A DNA stretch of 64,000 bases, taken from IMG/VR virus record IMGVR_UViG_3300008952_002784, positions 72,954 through 136,953 of that record; one strand, written 5' to 3'. This document shows, in pieces, positions 21,193 to 31,200 of this stretch. Below the pieces are notes generated by a model that saw only the letters and a program-made list of their open reading frames with translations, was not told where the DNA came from and searched no databases. This DNA comes from a virus. How positions within the stretch are numbered: the stretch's first letter is position 1; every line of letters begins with the position of its first letter. A program made the translations under genes and the position numbers.

Positions 21193-21752
21193 TGATTATT
21201 TTAGGTTTAGACATATCTACATCTAGTACTGGCTGGTGTATAATATCACAATCAGGTGATGTTATTGAAAAAATCGAAATGGGATTTATTGATTTATCTA
21301 AAGAAAAAAGCATGTTTCGCAAAGCCAGGATTGTCAAAGATCAATTAACACGATTGCACATCATGTATTCTGTAGATCGTGTATGCATAGAAGAAAATTT
21401 ACAATCATTCCGTTCTGGGTTTTCTTCAGCTCAAACACTTTCTACACTAGCAAGATTCAACGGAATGGTATCATATCTGTGTTATGAAGAATTCTCGTAC
21501 GATCCCGAATTCATGAATGTCAATACAGCAAGAAAGAGTATAGGTATTAAGCTTATTCGAAAGAAAGACGGCGGAAAACCAACCAAAGATCAAGTTCTAG
21601 AGTGGGTATCAGCTCTAAGTGAGCTAGAAGGTTATTCGTGGCCAACAAAGACACTCAAAAGTGGCCCTCGAAAAGGCAAGACTATACTAGATCCAAAATG
21701 CTTTGACATGGCCGACGCATATGTTATGGCGAGAGCAGCTGCAACAGCTTAA
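21192..21752 (+). CDS. RuvC-like Holliday junction resolvase
   Basis: ILGLDISTSSTGW, CIEE and DMADA give the RNase H-fold acidic catalytic residues. Confidence 0.85.
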   Translation: MIILGLDISTSSTGWCIISQSGDVIEKIEMGFIDLSKEKSMFRKARIVKDQLTRLHIMYSVDRVCIEENLQSFRSGFSSAQTLSTLARFNGMVSYLCYEEFSYDPEFMNVNTARKSIGIKLIRKKDGGKPTKDQVLEWVSALSELEGYSWPTKTLKSGPRKGKTILDPKCFDMADAYVMARAAATA

Positions 21753-21780
21753 ACAAATCAACTATTTGTGATAATATTAT
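21750..21780 (+). promoter_or_regulatory. Candidate sigma70-like promoter of the primase gene
   Basis: TAAACA-N16-TAATAT(TAT), in the same register as 43740-43770; ATG follows closely with no SD. Confidence 0.35.
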
Positions 21781-21784
21781 AACA

Positions 21785-22753
21785 ATGAGTAGTTATAATG
21801 ATAAATTGATGCTAGTCAGACGTGCCTTTGGGGCATGCGAGCTTAGCAGAGATAAAGTAAATGTTGCTGTTCGCTGCCCAAACTGTAATGACAAAAATGA
21901 CTTTAAGAAAAAACTAGTTATCAAAATCGAAGACGGAATGTTTCATTGCTGGGTTTGTGGAATTAAGGGGAGGCGAATTGACAGACTTTTTCGTAAATTC
22001 GCCATATCACACACAGACAATGCTAGAAAATTATTTAGATGCACGAGCAATTACGAAGAAAGTATTATCAAAGATGAAGAAGAAGTTAAAGTTTCGATAC
22101 CTAGCGGCTTTCAATTACTTGGTCGTGTCATGAATGCTAAGGATCCTGACATTCAAGAAACAATTCGATATGTAAAATCACGAGGTCTGACCCTTAGGGA
22201 TATATGGTATTATAGATTAGGAACATGCTCAGCAGGAAGATTTCGACGTCGTGTAATCATTCCATCTTTTAGTGAAGATGGAAAATTGAATTATTATTCA
22301 GGAAGAACTATCGATGCTGACAATTCTAGAAAGTATATGAATGTCGCAGTATCAAAGAATAAGATTATCTTTAATGACATTAACATTGACTGGCAGAAAG
22401 ACTTGACATTAGTTGAGGGGCCTTTTGACCTTATGAAATGTAGAATGAATTCAACATGCCTTCTAGGGTCTCAACTATCAGAATCATCAGACTTATTTCG
22501 AAAAATTATAAAGAATCAAACTTCAGTCACATTAGCTTTAGATCAAGATGCAATTGTTAAATCTCACAATATTGCAAAATGCTTGAGTGAATTTGGAATT
22601 AGGGTTAGAATGCTGAACATACCAAGTACAAAAGATGTCGGCGATCTAGATGCTGATATTGTTTCAAAGCTATATTCTAAATCTACGTTGTGGAATAGTA
22701 ATGATAGACTTCGAAGTATGATCAAATCAATGAGTACAGGCTCTTTGCTATAG
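21785..22753 (+). CDS. DnaG-type DNA primase-like protein (Zn ribbon + Toprim)
   Basis: CPNC...HCWVC zinc-binding domain; RVIIP, YSGRT; Toprim motifs LVEGPFD and ALDQDA; KDVGD. Confidence 0.85.
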   Translation: MSSYNDKLMLVRRAFGACELSRDKVNVAVRCPNCNDKNDFKKKLVIKIEDGMFHCWVCGIKGRRIDRLFRKFAISHTDNARKLFRCTSNYEESIIKDEEEVKVSIPSGFQLLGRVMNAKDPDIQETIRYVKSRGLTLRDIWYYRLGTCSAGRFRRRVIIPSFSEDGKLNYYSGRTIDADNSRKYMNVAVSKNKIIFNDINIDWQKDLTLVEGPFDLMKCRMNSTCLLGSQLSESSDLFRKIIKNQTSVTLALDQDAIVKSHNIAKCLSEFGIRVRMLNIPSTKDVGDLDADIVSKLYSKSTLWNSNDRLRSMIKSMSTGSLL

Positions 22754-22764
22754 ACAGGAAACGA

Positions 22765-25700
22765 ATGAGTTTAAAATGTGTACATATTAGTGACATTCAC
22801 TGGCGAGGATTGACTCGACATGATGAGTATGTCGAGTCATTTACAGCAATGTTTGACAATATAAAAGCTCTAAACCCAGATGTAATATTCATTGGTGGCG
22901 ATATTGTTCATTCTAAGACACAAGGCATATCCCCAGAGATTATCGACAAGCTTACCTGGTGGTTTACTATGATGGCAGATTTGTGTCCAACACACATCAT
23001 TCTGGGTAATCATGATGGGCTTATATTGAATAAGAGCCGACAAGATGCAATAACTCCAATTATTAATGCAATTGATAATGACAATCTATTTTTATATAAA
23101 AAGTCCGGAACATACCCAATTGGTGTCCCGGGATTCAACTGGTGTATATTTTCTTGTTTTGATGAAGAAGGGTGGAAAGATGTCAAGCCAACCCCGGGTG
23201 ACATCAATATTGCAACGTTTCACGGGGGAGTTAACGGATCGACAACAGACATAGAGTGGGAAATCGAAGGGGACGTTGACTTAGACTTTTTCGATGACTA
23301 TGACTTTGCATTCTTGGGTGACATACACAAGGTCCAGTACCTTGACAAAGAAAAGCGAGTGGCCTACCCCGGATCTACAATTCAACAAAATTACGGTGAA
23401 GATCCAGGTAAAGGATTTCTATTCTGGGAAATTGAAGATAAAGACACATACAAAAGCACGTTCTACGAAATACCGCACAGTAAGCCATTCGTAACTATTG
23501 ACTGGACTGGTGATGTCAGAACAACAGTAGAAGAAGCATTAAAATACCCAGTAGGCGCTAGATTTAGAGTTAGAGTTGCTTCTCACATAAATCAAACTGA
23601 AATAAAACACTTGCACAGTGCCCTTAAGGATTATAGAAATGCAACTGAAATTGTTTTCAAATATGATAAAAAATCAGATCTTTCAGTTGTCTCAATCGAT
23701 TCAGGAAAAATACACACCCAAGATCTTCAAAGTGTTTCAACACAAACACGATTAATGCGTGAGTATTACAAAAGTATGAACCTTTCAGACGAAGAGTGGA
23801 AAAGATTAGACAAATTAGTATTACAATATACATCGAAAGCTATAAAAAAAGATGCAGCAAGAAATATAAAGTGGACAATCAACAAGCTAGAATTTGATAA
23901 TTTATTTTCATATGGCAAAGATAATGTAATTAATTTTGATTCAATGACCGGAATCACTGGAATATTTGGAAAGAATCGATCAGGAAAATCGTCGATCCCA
24001 GGATCTTTGATGTACGGCTTATATAACACTACAGATCGAGGATCGATTTCTAATTTGCATGTAATCAATATGAGGAAAGGCTATTGCCGAGCTCGAATTT
24101 ATATGAGTGCTAATGGAAAAAATTACTTGGTAGATCGTCAATCTACCAAGAAGTCTAATAGAAAGGGAAAAATTAGCGCTACTACACACTTAAACTTAAG
24201 CGAAGTTGATGAATCTGGAAATGTAATAGTTGACATGAATGGCGAACAGAGAAGAGCAACTGAAAAGACGTTGAGGACTCTGGTGGGCACACCTGAAGAT
24301 TTCCTGATGACATCATTAGCTAGTCAGGGAGAAATGAATAACTTTATCAAGAATGGCGCAACCCAAAGAAAGTCAATATTGACTAAATTCTTGGATTTGA
24401 ATATTTTCGATGATATGATGGCTTTGGCTAAAGATGAATCTTCGCAAATTAAAGCGCTGCTTAGTAGTTCATCAGATAGAGACTGGGATACATTAATTAC
24501 AGAAAAGGGAATTGACAAGCGATCGAACGTACGATTGCGCCTAGATTTAGAGAATAATCTGACTAAGCTTCGTTCGAACATGGAAGAACTTAAGATATCT
24601 ATGGCAACGAGCAAAGACAGTGAGCTAGTAACACAAATTGATATCGACAAGCAACAAGAAGCTATTGAGTTATCACAATCTGAACTTAAGTCAATAGAGG
24701 AAAACTGTAATAAAATAAACAAAAGCATAGCGTCAGTACAATCAAAAATATCATCAATTCAGACACTCAAGAGTCAATTTCCAATTGATGATCTCACAGA
24801 ACGATATGAAGCACAGCAAGATTTAGAACGGGCATTGACAGATTTGAGTCATATTCATGAAAAGTCAAAGATTCTTCTCAAGGGACAAAAAAAATCTGTC
24901 AAGATTTTAGAAGATGTTCCATGCGGGGATCAATTTCCCAAGTGTAAATTTATAAAAAATTCACACACTGCTAAGAAAAAAATAGACGAACAACAAAATC
25001 TCGTCAAAGAAAATTATGACAAAGTTAAATCTGCAAAAAAATCATTGAATACTCTCAAGAATGAATGCTTGCATGATAAAATTGAAAAATATGATGCAAT
25101 ATTGAGAAAAGAGAGTTCGCTACAAATAAATCTAAGAGATGAAAAATTGTCACTCTCTGCAGTAGTATCTAGAAGAAAAATTGTAATAGATTCAATATCT
25201 GATGCTAGCAGAGATTTGCAAAGCATGAAATTAAGGGCTTCTGATACTGAAGACGCAAAGAAAATGAGTTATGCTAGAAAAGAAATCCAGGCACTCACTG
25301 ATCAGATCAATGACTTAGACACACAAAGAAGTGAATTAACAAAGACAGTAGGTCGACTTGATGCAGAGATTAAGAGCTTGAAAGCGGAGAAAGAAAAATA
25401 TAATGACTTGATCCTCAGGTGGAAAACTTATACTCTATTCATGAATGCTGTGTCAAAAAAGGGAATTCCCTTGCAAATAATGTCAGCTCAGCTTCCAGTA
25501 ATAAATGATGAAATATCAAAGATATTGCAGGGTGTTGTAGGATTTACTGTAGAGCTCGAAGCAGACCCCAATTCCAATCAAATGGAAATATATATTAACT
25601 ACGGCGATTCTAGAAGAATTATTGAATGTGGTAGTGGCATGGAGAAAATGATGGCATCTTTGGCAATTAGAGTAGCACTTATCAATATGAGTGCCCTTCC

Positions 25701-25905
25701 AAAGCCGGGACTGCTTATCATTGATGAAGGGTTTGGGGCTCTAGATGACATGAATGTTGAATCATGCGGGCGATTATTGAACTCACTCAAGCAGTGGTTT
25801 AGAAATATTTTAGTAATATCTCATGTTGATGCTGTAAAAGACATGGTAGACAATGTACTGCCCATAACCCAAAAAGAAAAGAATTCTATGGTGAAGTATG
25901 AATAA
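22765..25905 (+). CDS. Fused Mre11/SbcD nuclease - Rad50/SbcC ATPase (T4 gp47-gp46-like)
   Basis: Phosphoesterase motifs HISDIH, GGDIVH, GNHD, LGDIH, then Walker A GKNRSGKSS, Q-loop SQGE, coiled coil, Walker B/D-loop IIDEGFGALD and H-loop ISH in one ORF. Confidence 0.93.
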   Translation: MSLKCVHISDIHWRGLTRHDEYVESFTAMFDNIKALNPDVIFIGGDIVHSKTQGISPEIIDKLTWWFTMMADLCPTHIILGNHDGLILNKSRQDAITPIINAIDNDNLFLYKKSGTYPIGVPGFNWCIFSCFDEEGWKDVKPTPGDINIATFHGGVNGSTTDIEWEIEGDVDLDFFDDYDFAFLGDIHKVQYLDKEKRVAYPGSTIQQNYGEDPGKGFLFWEIEDKDTYKSTFYEIPHSKPFVTIDWTGDVRTTVEEALKYPVGARFRVRVASHINQTEIKHLHSALKDYRNATEIVFKYDKKSDLSVVSIDSGKIHTQDLQSVSTQTRLMREYYKSMNLSDEEWKRLDKLVLQYTSKAIKKDAARNIKWTINKLEFDNLFSYGKDNVINFDSMTGITGIFGKNRSGKSSIPGSLMYGLYNTTDRGSISNLHVINMRKGYCRARIYMSANGKNYLVDRQSTKKSNRKGKISATTHLNLSEVDESGNVIVDMNGEQRRATEKTLRTLVGTPEDFLMTSLASQGEMNNFIKNGATQRKSILTKFLDLNIFDDMMALAKDESSQIKALLSSSSDRDWDTLITEKGIDKRSNVRLRLDLENNLTKLRSNMEELKISMATSKDSELVTQIDIDKQQEAIELSQSELKSIEENCNKINKSIASVQSKISSIQTLKSQFPIDDLTERYEAQQDLERALTDLSHIHEKSKILLKGQKKSVKILEDVPCGDQFPKCKFIKNSHTAKKKIDEQQNLVKENYDKVKSAKKSLNTLKNECLHDKIEKYDAILRKESSLQINLRDEKLSLSAVVSRRKIVIDSISDASRDLQSMKLRASDTEDAKKMSYARKEIQALTDQINDLDTQRSELTKTVGRLDAEIKSLKAEKEKYNDLILRWKTYTLFMNAVSKKGIPLQIMSAQLPVINDEISKILQGVVGFTVELEADPNSNQMEIYINYGDSRRIIECGSGMEKMMASLAIRVALINMSALPKPGLLIIDEGFGALDDMNVESCGRLLNSLKQWFRNILVISHVDAVKDMVDNVLPITQKEKNSMVKYE

Positions 25906-26176
25906 CGAAAAAAAATACTATGAGAACGGATTTTGGATAATCGGAAAAGAACCAGAAGATTTAGTACCTACTGACTGCCCATTATGTAATTTGTCAATGA
26001 GAGACATGAAAGACATAACGTCATATGAGTCTTATAAGGTGTGTAATACATGCAAAGTTGAGTTAATTGAACCCAACAAGATAAAATATAATAAGGGCTG
26101 GCGCCCCGGAAAAGAAGAAATGACAAATATAAGAAAGTATGAGTTAGCTCGACCATCATATTTATTGAAGCAATAG
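25898..26176 (+). CDS. Small zinc-finger protein
   Basis: CPLC...CNTC. Confidence 0.6.
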   Translation: MNNEKKYYENGFWIIGKEPEDLVPTDCPLCNLSMRDMKDITSYESYKVCNTCKVELIEPNKIKYNKGWRPGKEEMTNIRKYELARPSYLLKQ

Positions 26177-26188
26177 GAGCACAGCGTA

Positions 26189-26566
26189 ATGAAAGAAATA
26201 CATGTCCGAGCAATTGGTGAAGCGCTTAATACAACTTTTGGTCGAGAAAGTAGTCCAACAGGTAAGCAGTCAATAACATACTCACAGCACGGAGAGAAGT
26301 TAGTACTTAAGTTTACTTCAATCGTACACTTTGCTGAAGAGAGAGGACTGCACATGCAGGTTGATAATATTGCCCATGAGGCAGTTCAATTACTGACAAC
26401 TAAGCTAGCTGAACTTAAGTCATATTTTAAAGAAAGAACCGGCGAGACTCTCAAGCTCAAAGAGCAGGGTAATAATGACAACATTGAATTAATTAGTGGT
26501 TCATCAAATTCACCTCGCAAGATAGCATATTATAAACGAAATCATATATTTCAAATACAGATGTAA
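26189..26566 (+). CDS. Hypothetical protein directly upstream of the terminase
   Basis: SD AGGAG; ATATTTA motif at 26158; TAATG overlap with the terminase start. Confidence 0.6.
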   Translation: MKEIHVRAIGEALNTTFGRESSPTGKQSITYSQHGEKLVLKFTSIVHFAEERGLHMQVDNIAHEAVQLLTTKLAELKSYFKERTGETLKLKEQGNNDNIELISGSSNSPRKIAYYKRNHIFQIQM

Positions 26567-28161
26567 TGGCCCCAACGACTAAGCAAAGGCAAATTAAAGA
26601 AATAGTCAAGTGCGGCAAAGACCCTGTTTATTTTATAAACCGATACCTGAAAATACAGCACCCAACCCGGGGCTTAATTCAATTTGACACTTATCCATTT
26701 CAAGATGAATGTATTAACGACTTTAATGAGCATAGATTCAACATAATCTTAAAGTCTAGACAGTTGGGTATATCAACAATATCTGCAGCATATGCTGTTT
26801 GGCTTGGGTGCTTTTATAGAGATAAGTCTATTCTGATTATAGCAACTAAGCTTGCAGTTGCACAGAATTTTATTAAGAAAGTAAAGGTCGCAATTAGAAG
26901 CATGCCCAAGTGGCTTTTAGTCCCGGAAATTGTATCAAACAACAAGCAGACAATTGAATTTAGCAACGGTTCACAGATTAAAGCAGTTCCAACATCTGAT
27001 GATGCAGGTCGTTCTGAAGCATTGTCGCTTCTAATTGTAGATGAAGCTGCTTTTATTAGGAATTTTGATGAGTTATTTACAGGATTATATCCCACACTAA
27101 CTACCGGTGGCCGCGCTGTTATTCTCTCAACACCGAACGGAGTGGGTGGACAGTATCATGATCTTTGGATAAAAGCAGAGTCAGGAGAGAATGAGTTCAA
27201 CCCAATTAAGCTTCCATGGGATATCCACCCAGACCATGATGTTGAGTGGTTCAAGAATGAATCTAAAAACTTGACTAAAAAGCAAGTAGCACAAGAGTTG
27301 TTGTGCGACTTTGCAGCTTCAGGTGACACAGTACTCAACAATGATGATATTGAGTGGCTTGGATCATCGATACGACCACCAATTGAGAGGTGGGGACCAA
27401 ACATGTCAGTCTGGGTATGGAAATACAGCCTCAGTGATCATCAATACATAATTTCAGCTGATGTTTCTCGGGGCGACTCTGGTGACTATAGCACATTTCA
27501 TGTAATAGACACAGGGGAATCAGAAATTGTTGCTGAGTTCAAGTGCAAAATCCCGCCAGATCAATTTGCAATACTTTTGGCAGAGGCAGGTAAAAGATAT
27601 AACACCGCGGTCTTATGCCCGGAAAATAATACGTATGGTTACGCTGTGATCATGAAATTATGTGAGCTAGATTATCCCAATCTCTATTATAAGAATGAAA
27701 AGGATAAATTTGCAGCTCTTTATGGAACTGGTGAAGTTGAGATTCACAAGATAGGCTTTACAACATCGGGCAAATCTAGAAATCAAATACTGACTAAGCT
27801 TGAGCAGGTCATAAGAAACAAAGAAATCAAGTCATACTCTTCGAGACTTTATGAAGAAGCTAAAACATTCATATGGAAGGGTCATAAGGCTCAAGCACAA
27901 AAAGGGAAGAACGATGACCTAATAATGTCATTAGCAATTGGGTTGTGGCTTTTTGATACTTCCCCAGTACATAGTCGTCATTCTTATGACCTAAATAAAG
28001 CAATGCTTGAAGGCTTTGGGGTAAATTCGAATAGTAAAGACACAATAGTTAACCCATGGGCCGGAAAAAATTATAACCCATTCAAGACATTTTCCGTTCA
28101 GACTATGCCAGAGTCAGGAAGCATTACCCCATATGGAGACATGTCGTGGTTACTTAAGTAG
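26566..28161 (+). CDS. terL: Terminase large subunit (T4 gp17-like)
   Basis: KSRQLGIST Walker A, LIVDEAAF Walker B, STPNG coupling motif, nuclease motifs SADVSRG and NDDLIMS. Confidence 0.96.
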   Translation: MAPTTKQRQIKEIVKCGKDPVYFINRYLKIQHPTRGLIQFDTYPFQDECINDFNEHRFNIILKSRQLGISTISAAYAVWLGCFYRDKSILIIATKLAVAQNFIKKVKVAIRSMPKWLLVPEIVSNNKQTIEFSNGSQIKAVPTSDDAGRSEALSLLIVDEAAFIRNFDELFTGLYPTLTTGGRAVILSTPNGVGGQYHDLWIKAESGENEFNPIKLPWDIHPDHDVEWFKNESKNLTKKQVAQELLCDFAASGDTVLNNDDIEWLGSSIRPPIERWGPNMSVWVWKYSLSDHQYIISADVSRGDSGDYSTFHVIDTGESEIVAEFKCKIPPDQFAILLAEAGKRYNTAVLCPENNTYGYAVIMKLCELDYPNLYYKNEKDKFAALYGTGEVEIHKIGFTTSGKSRNQILTKLEQVIRNKEIKSYSSRLYEEAKTFIWKGHKAQAQKGKNDDLIMSLAIGLWLFDTSPVHSRHSYDLNKAMLEGFGVNSNSKDTIVNPWAGKNYNPFKTFSVQTMPESGSITPYGDMSWLLK

Positions 28162-28225
28162 TTTATGGTGCATAATATACGATTAGAATCCTACTTATAG
28201 AAAAAGTGACTGTTATAGGTGGCAG

Positions 28226-31200
28226 ATGTCAAAGAAACCCGCGAATTTATTCGTTAGATTAACTAAATTATTTAGATCCGGCCCGGTAATCAAGAAGAAG
28301 GTGAAAAACTATGAACCTTCGTCTACATCAACTGCGCTTGAAATATTTAAGCAATCACACAGCGATGTCTACAATAGTACACTGTCAAGCTACGGTCAAT
28401 TTGACAGAATGTGTCTAGATCTGAATACTATGATTGCTGTTCCAGGCATAGAGAAGTATGTAAGTCTTGGAAGCTTAATCGATCAGTATGCGGATGGAGA
28501 AAAGTTTATTGTTTATGCATATGATCACGAAATACAGCAAATTGTTCCAGCATGGGCACATCACCCAAGATCCTCGGGCATTAGAAAAACTGTAAAAATA
28601 ACATTTGACGATGGATCAAATTTGATTTGCACACATGATCATCCTTGTATGATGAGAGATGGATCTTTTGTAGAAGCTGCCAAACTTAATAAAAATGATT
28701 CAATGATGCCATTTTATCGCAAAGATTTTTCAGGCGGTGAAAGTGGATATTATAATATCTACACAATGGAGAAGCATGGGTGGAACGGATGGACATCTGA
28801 GCATAGATTAATTGCAGAGTGGAAAGAGGAGAGAAGTGTCGAAAGAAAATCAGAGCACGTTCACCATAAAGACTTTAATCCTTCTAACAATACACCTGAA
28901 AATTTAGTGATAATGAATGCTCATGATCATTTGTCTATGCATGCTAAATTAGCAACGCATATGAAATCGCCAAAGATGAGAGAACATCTTTCAAGACTTC
29001 AAAAAGAAAAGTGGGCGAATGATGATGGAACAAGAAGAAAGAACTTAGTCTCATTCAATAAGCGTTCTGACATTATTGAAAAGAGGCGACAGCATGCTAC
29101 TGAAAATAACCAATCTAAAAACCCAAGTGTAGCAAAGAAAATATCTGAAAAAGCTATCAAAAGATATTCTAACCCTCACTGGAAAGAGTTTGCTTCTAAG
29201 CAAACATCTAGATTACACAAAGAAGGGAAGCTTAAAGTTACAAAGAACTTTAGCAATTACTGGTCTGGGAAAACCCGACCACAAGCTTGGAAAGATGCTA
29301 GATCTGGAAAAGCAAATCATGCATTTGTCAATATTGAAAAAGATGATTTGATAGACGCTATCCTTAGACATACAAAAAGAAAAGATGTTGCCATAGAAAT
29401 GGGAGTATCACCCAGCACAGTAAAAAGAAGAGCAAGTGATCTATTTGATCTAAACAGCTGGAAAGAAATAGTTGAACATGTACATCTTAGCTATCAAAAT
29501 CACAAAGTAATCTCTGTAGAGCCTTGGGTATCACTAGAGACCGGAGACATAACAGTCGATGGGTATGAAAATTTTGCTACAGACACAATAATTGTACATA
29601 ATTCTCGCTACGGAGATTTTTCAGAAATGGAATCAACGCCTGAGATTGCTTCTGCACTAGACATATATGCAGAAGAGTGCGTATCACCATCTGCTAGCGG
29701 AGAAGTATTACACATCCACTCAGACAATCGAAAGATTCAAGAGATTCTCGAGGGATTATTTCATGATACACTAAACGTCGACTTCAATCTTGTAATGTGG
29801 GTAAGAAATCTTGTAAAGTACGGAGACTTCTTTTTATTCAACGATATTTCACCAGAGTATGGTGTCATAAATGCATTCCCAATAGCAATATCAGAAATTG
29901 AAAGAGAAGAAGGCTTTGATAAGGATGATCCTGCAGCTGTCCGTTTTCGCTGGATTACTCAGGGCAATCAAGTATTAGAAAACTGGCAAGTATCTCACTT
30001 TAGACTTCTTGGTAATGACGCTTTTCTTCCTTACGGATCATCTGTTTTAGAATCGTCTCGCAGAATTTGGCGGCAATTAATTCTGATCGAAGATGCGATG
30101 TTAGTGTATCGAGTCATTCGTGCTCCTGAGCGACGAGTATTTTATATTGATGTGGGTAATGTTCCGCCTGAAGATGTTGGAAATTATCTTGAGCAAGCAA
30201 AAACTAGCCTCAAGCGGAATCAGATTGTTGATAAAGATACTGGAAAAGTTGACCTGAGATACAATCCGCTTTGTATATATGGCGATAATAAAGTTCCTCT
30301 CTTAGATGGACGCACAATAAAAATAAAAGATTTGGTTGCTGAGTGGAATGACGATAAAAGAGATCAAGAAGTATATTCTGTCAATCTCAAAGACGGAGGC
30401 ACAATTGTTCCTGGAAAAATAATCTGGGCAGGAAAAACTGGAGAAGTAGAAAAGTTAATAGAAGTAGAGCTTGACGATGGTGGTTTGTACAGGGTAACGC
30501 CTGATCACAAGTTGATGCTACGAGATGGTAATCCAATAAAGGCAAAAGATCTGAAGCTTGGTGATTCGTTGATGCCGCTCTACAGACGTTATCAAGATAT
30601 TTCACCAAATAAAAAGAATGCAAAGTATGAGCAAGTATATGTTCCAAAGCAAGATAAATTTGTGTACACACATCGTGTCGTTGCTGCTAGTAAGTACGAT
30701 ATAGCACTCAATGATGCATTTTTGCGTGTCAAGGATCATGTTGTTCATCATGCAAATTTCAATAAGCATGATAACTCATCAGATAATTTGGTGTTAATGG
30801 AGCGAGATGAACATTCAAGATTACATGCAGAAATAGGTAGAAAGCATCTGGTTAGATACAACAAATCAGATGAAAAAAGAAAGAAGCAGACTAAGTGGAA
30901 TATTGAAAGAAATTCTATTGAAGCAATGTCATGGTATAACGGATCTGAACTTCATAAATCTCACAATAAGGCTCGAAAAGAAGCACAGCTTAAGTCTTGG
31001 GCGAGCAATAAAGAAAAGCGTTCAAAAGCAATGCGCTATAATTTTGATGATGTATGTGTACAACTTTTAGGTGACATAGCTAGACAGCTAGACAAAAAAG
31101 TGAGCTTTGAAAATTTTGCTAATCTTGTTCGACATGATGAAACTTTTATGTCACATTATAGGCACATTAATGAACATATCAAGCGTACACCAGAAAAATC

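Noticed and set aside
26189-26566. Calling this ORF the terminase small subunit
   Set aside because: The position fits, but I see no sequence motif supporting it.
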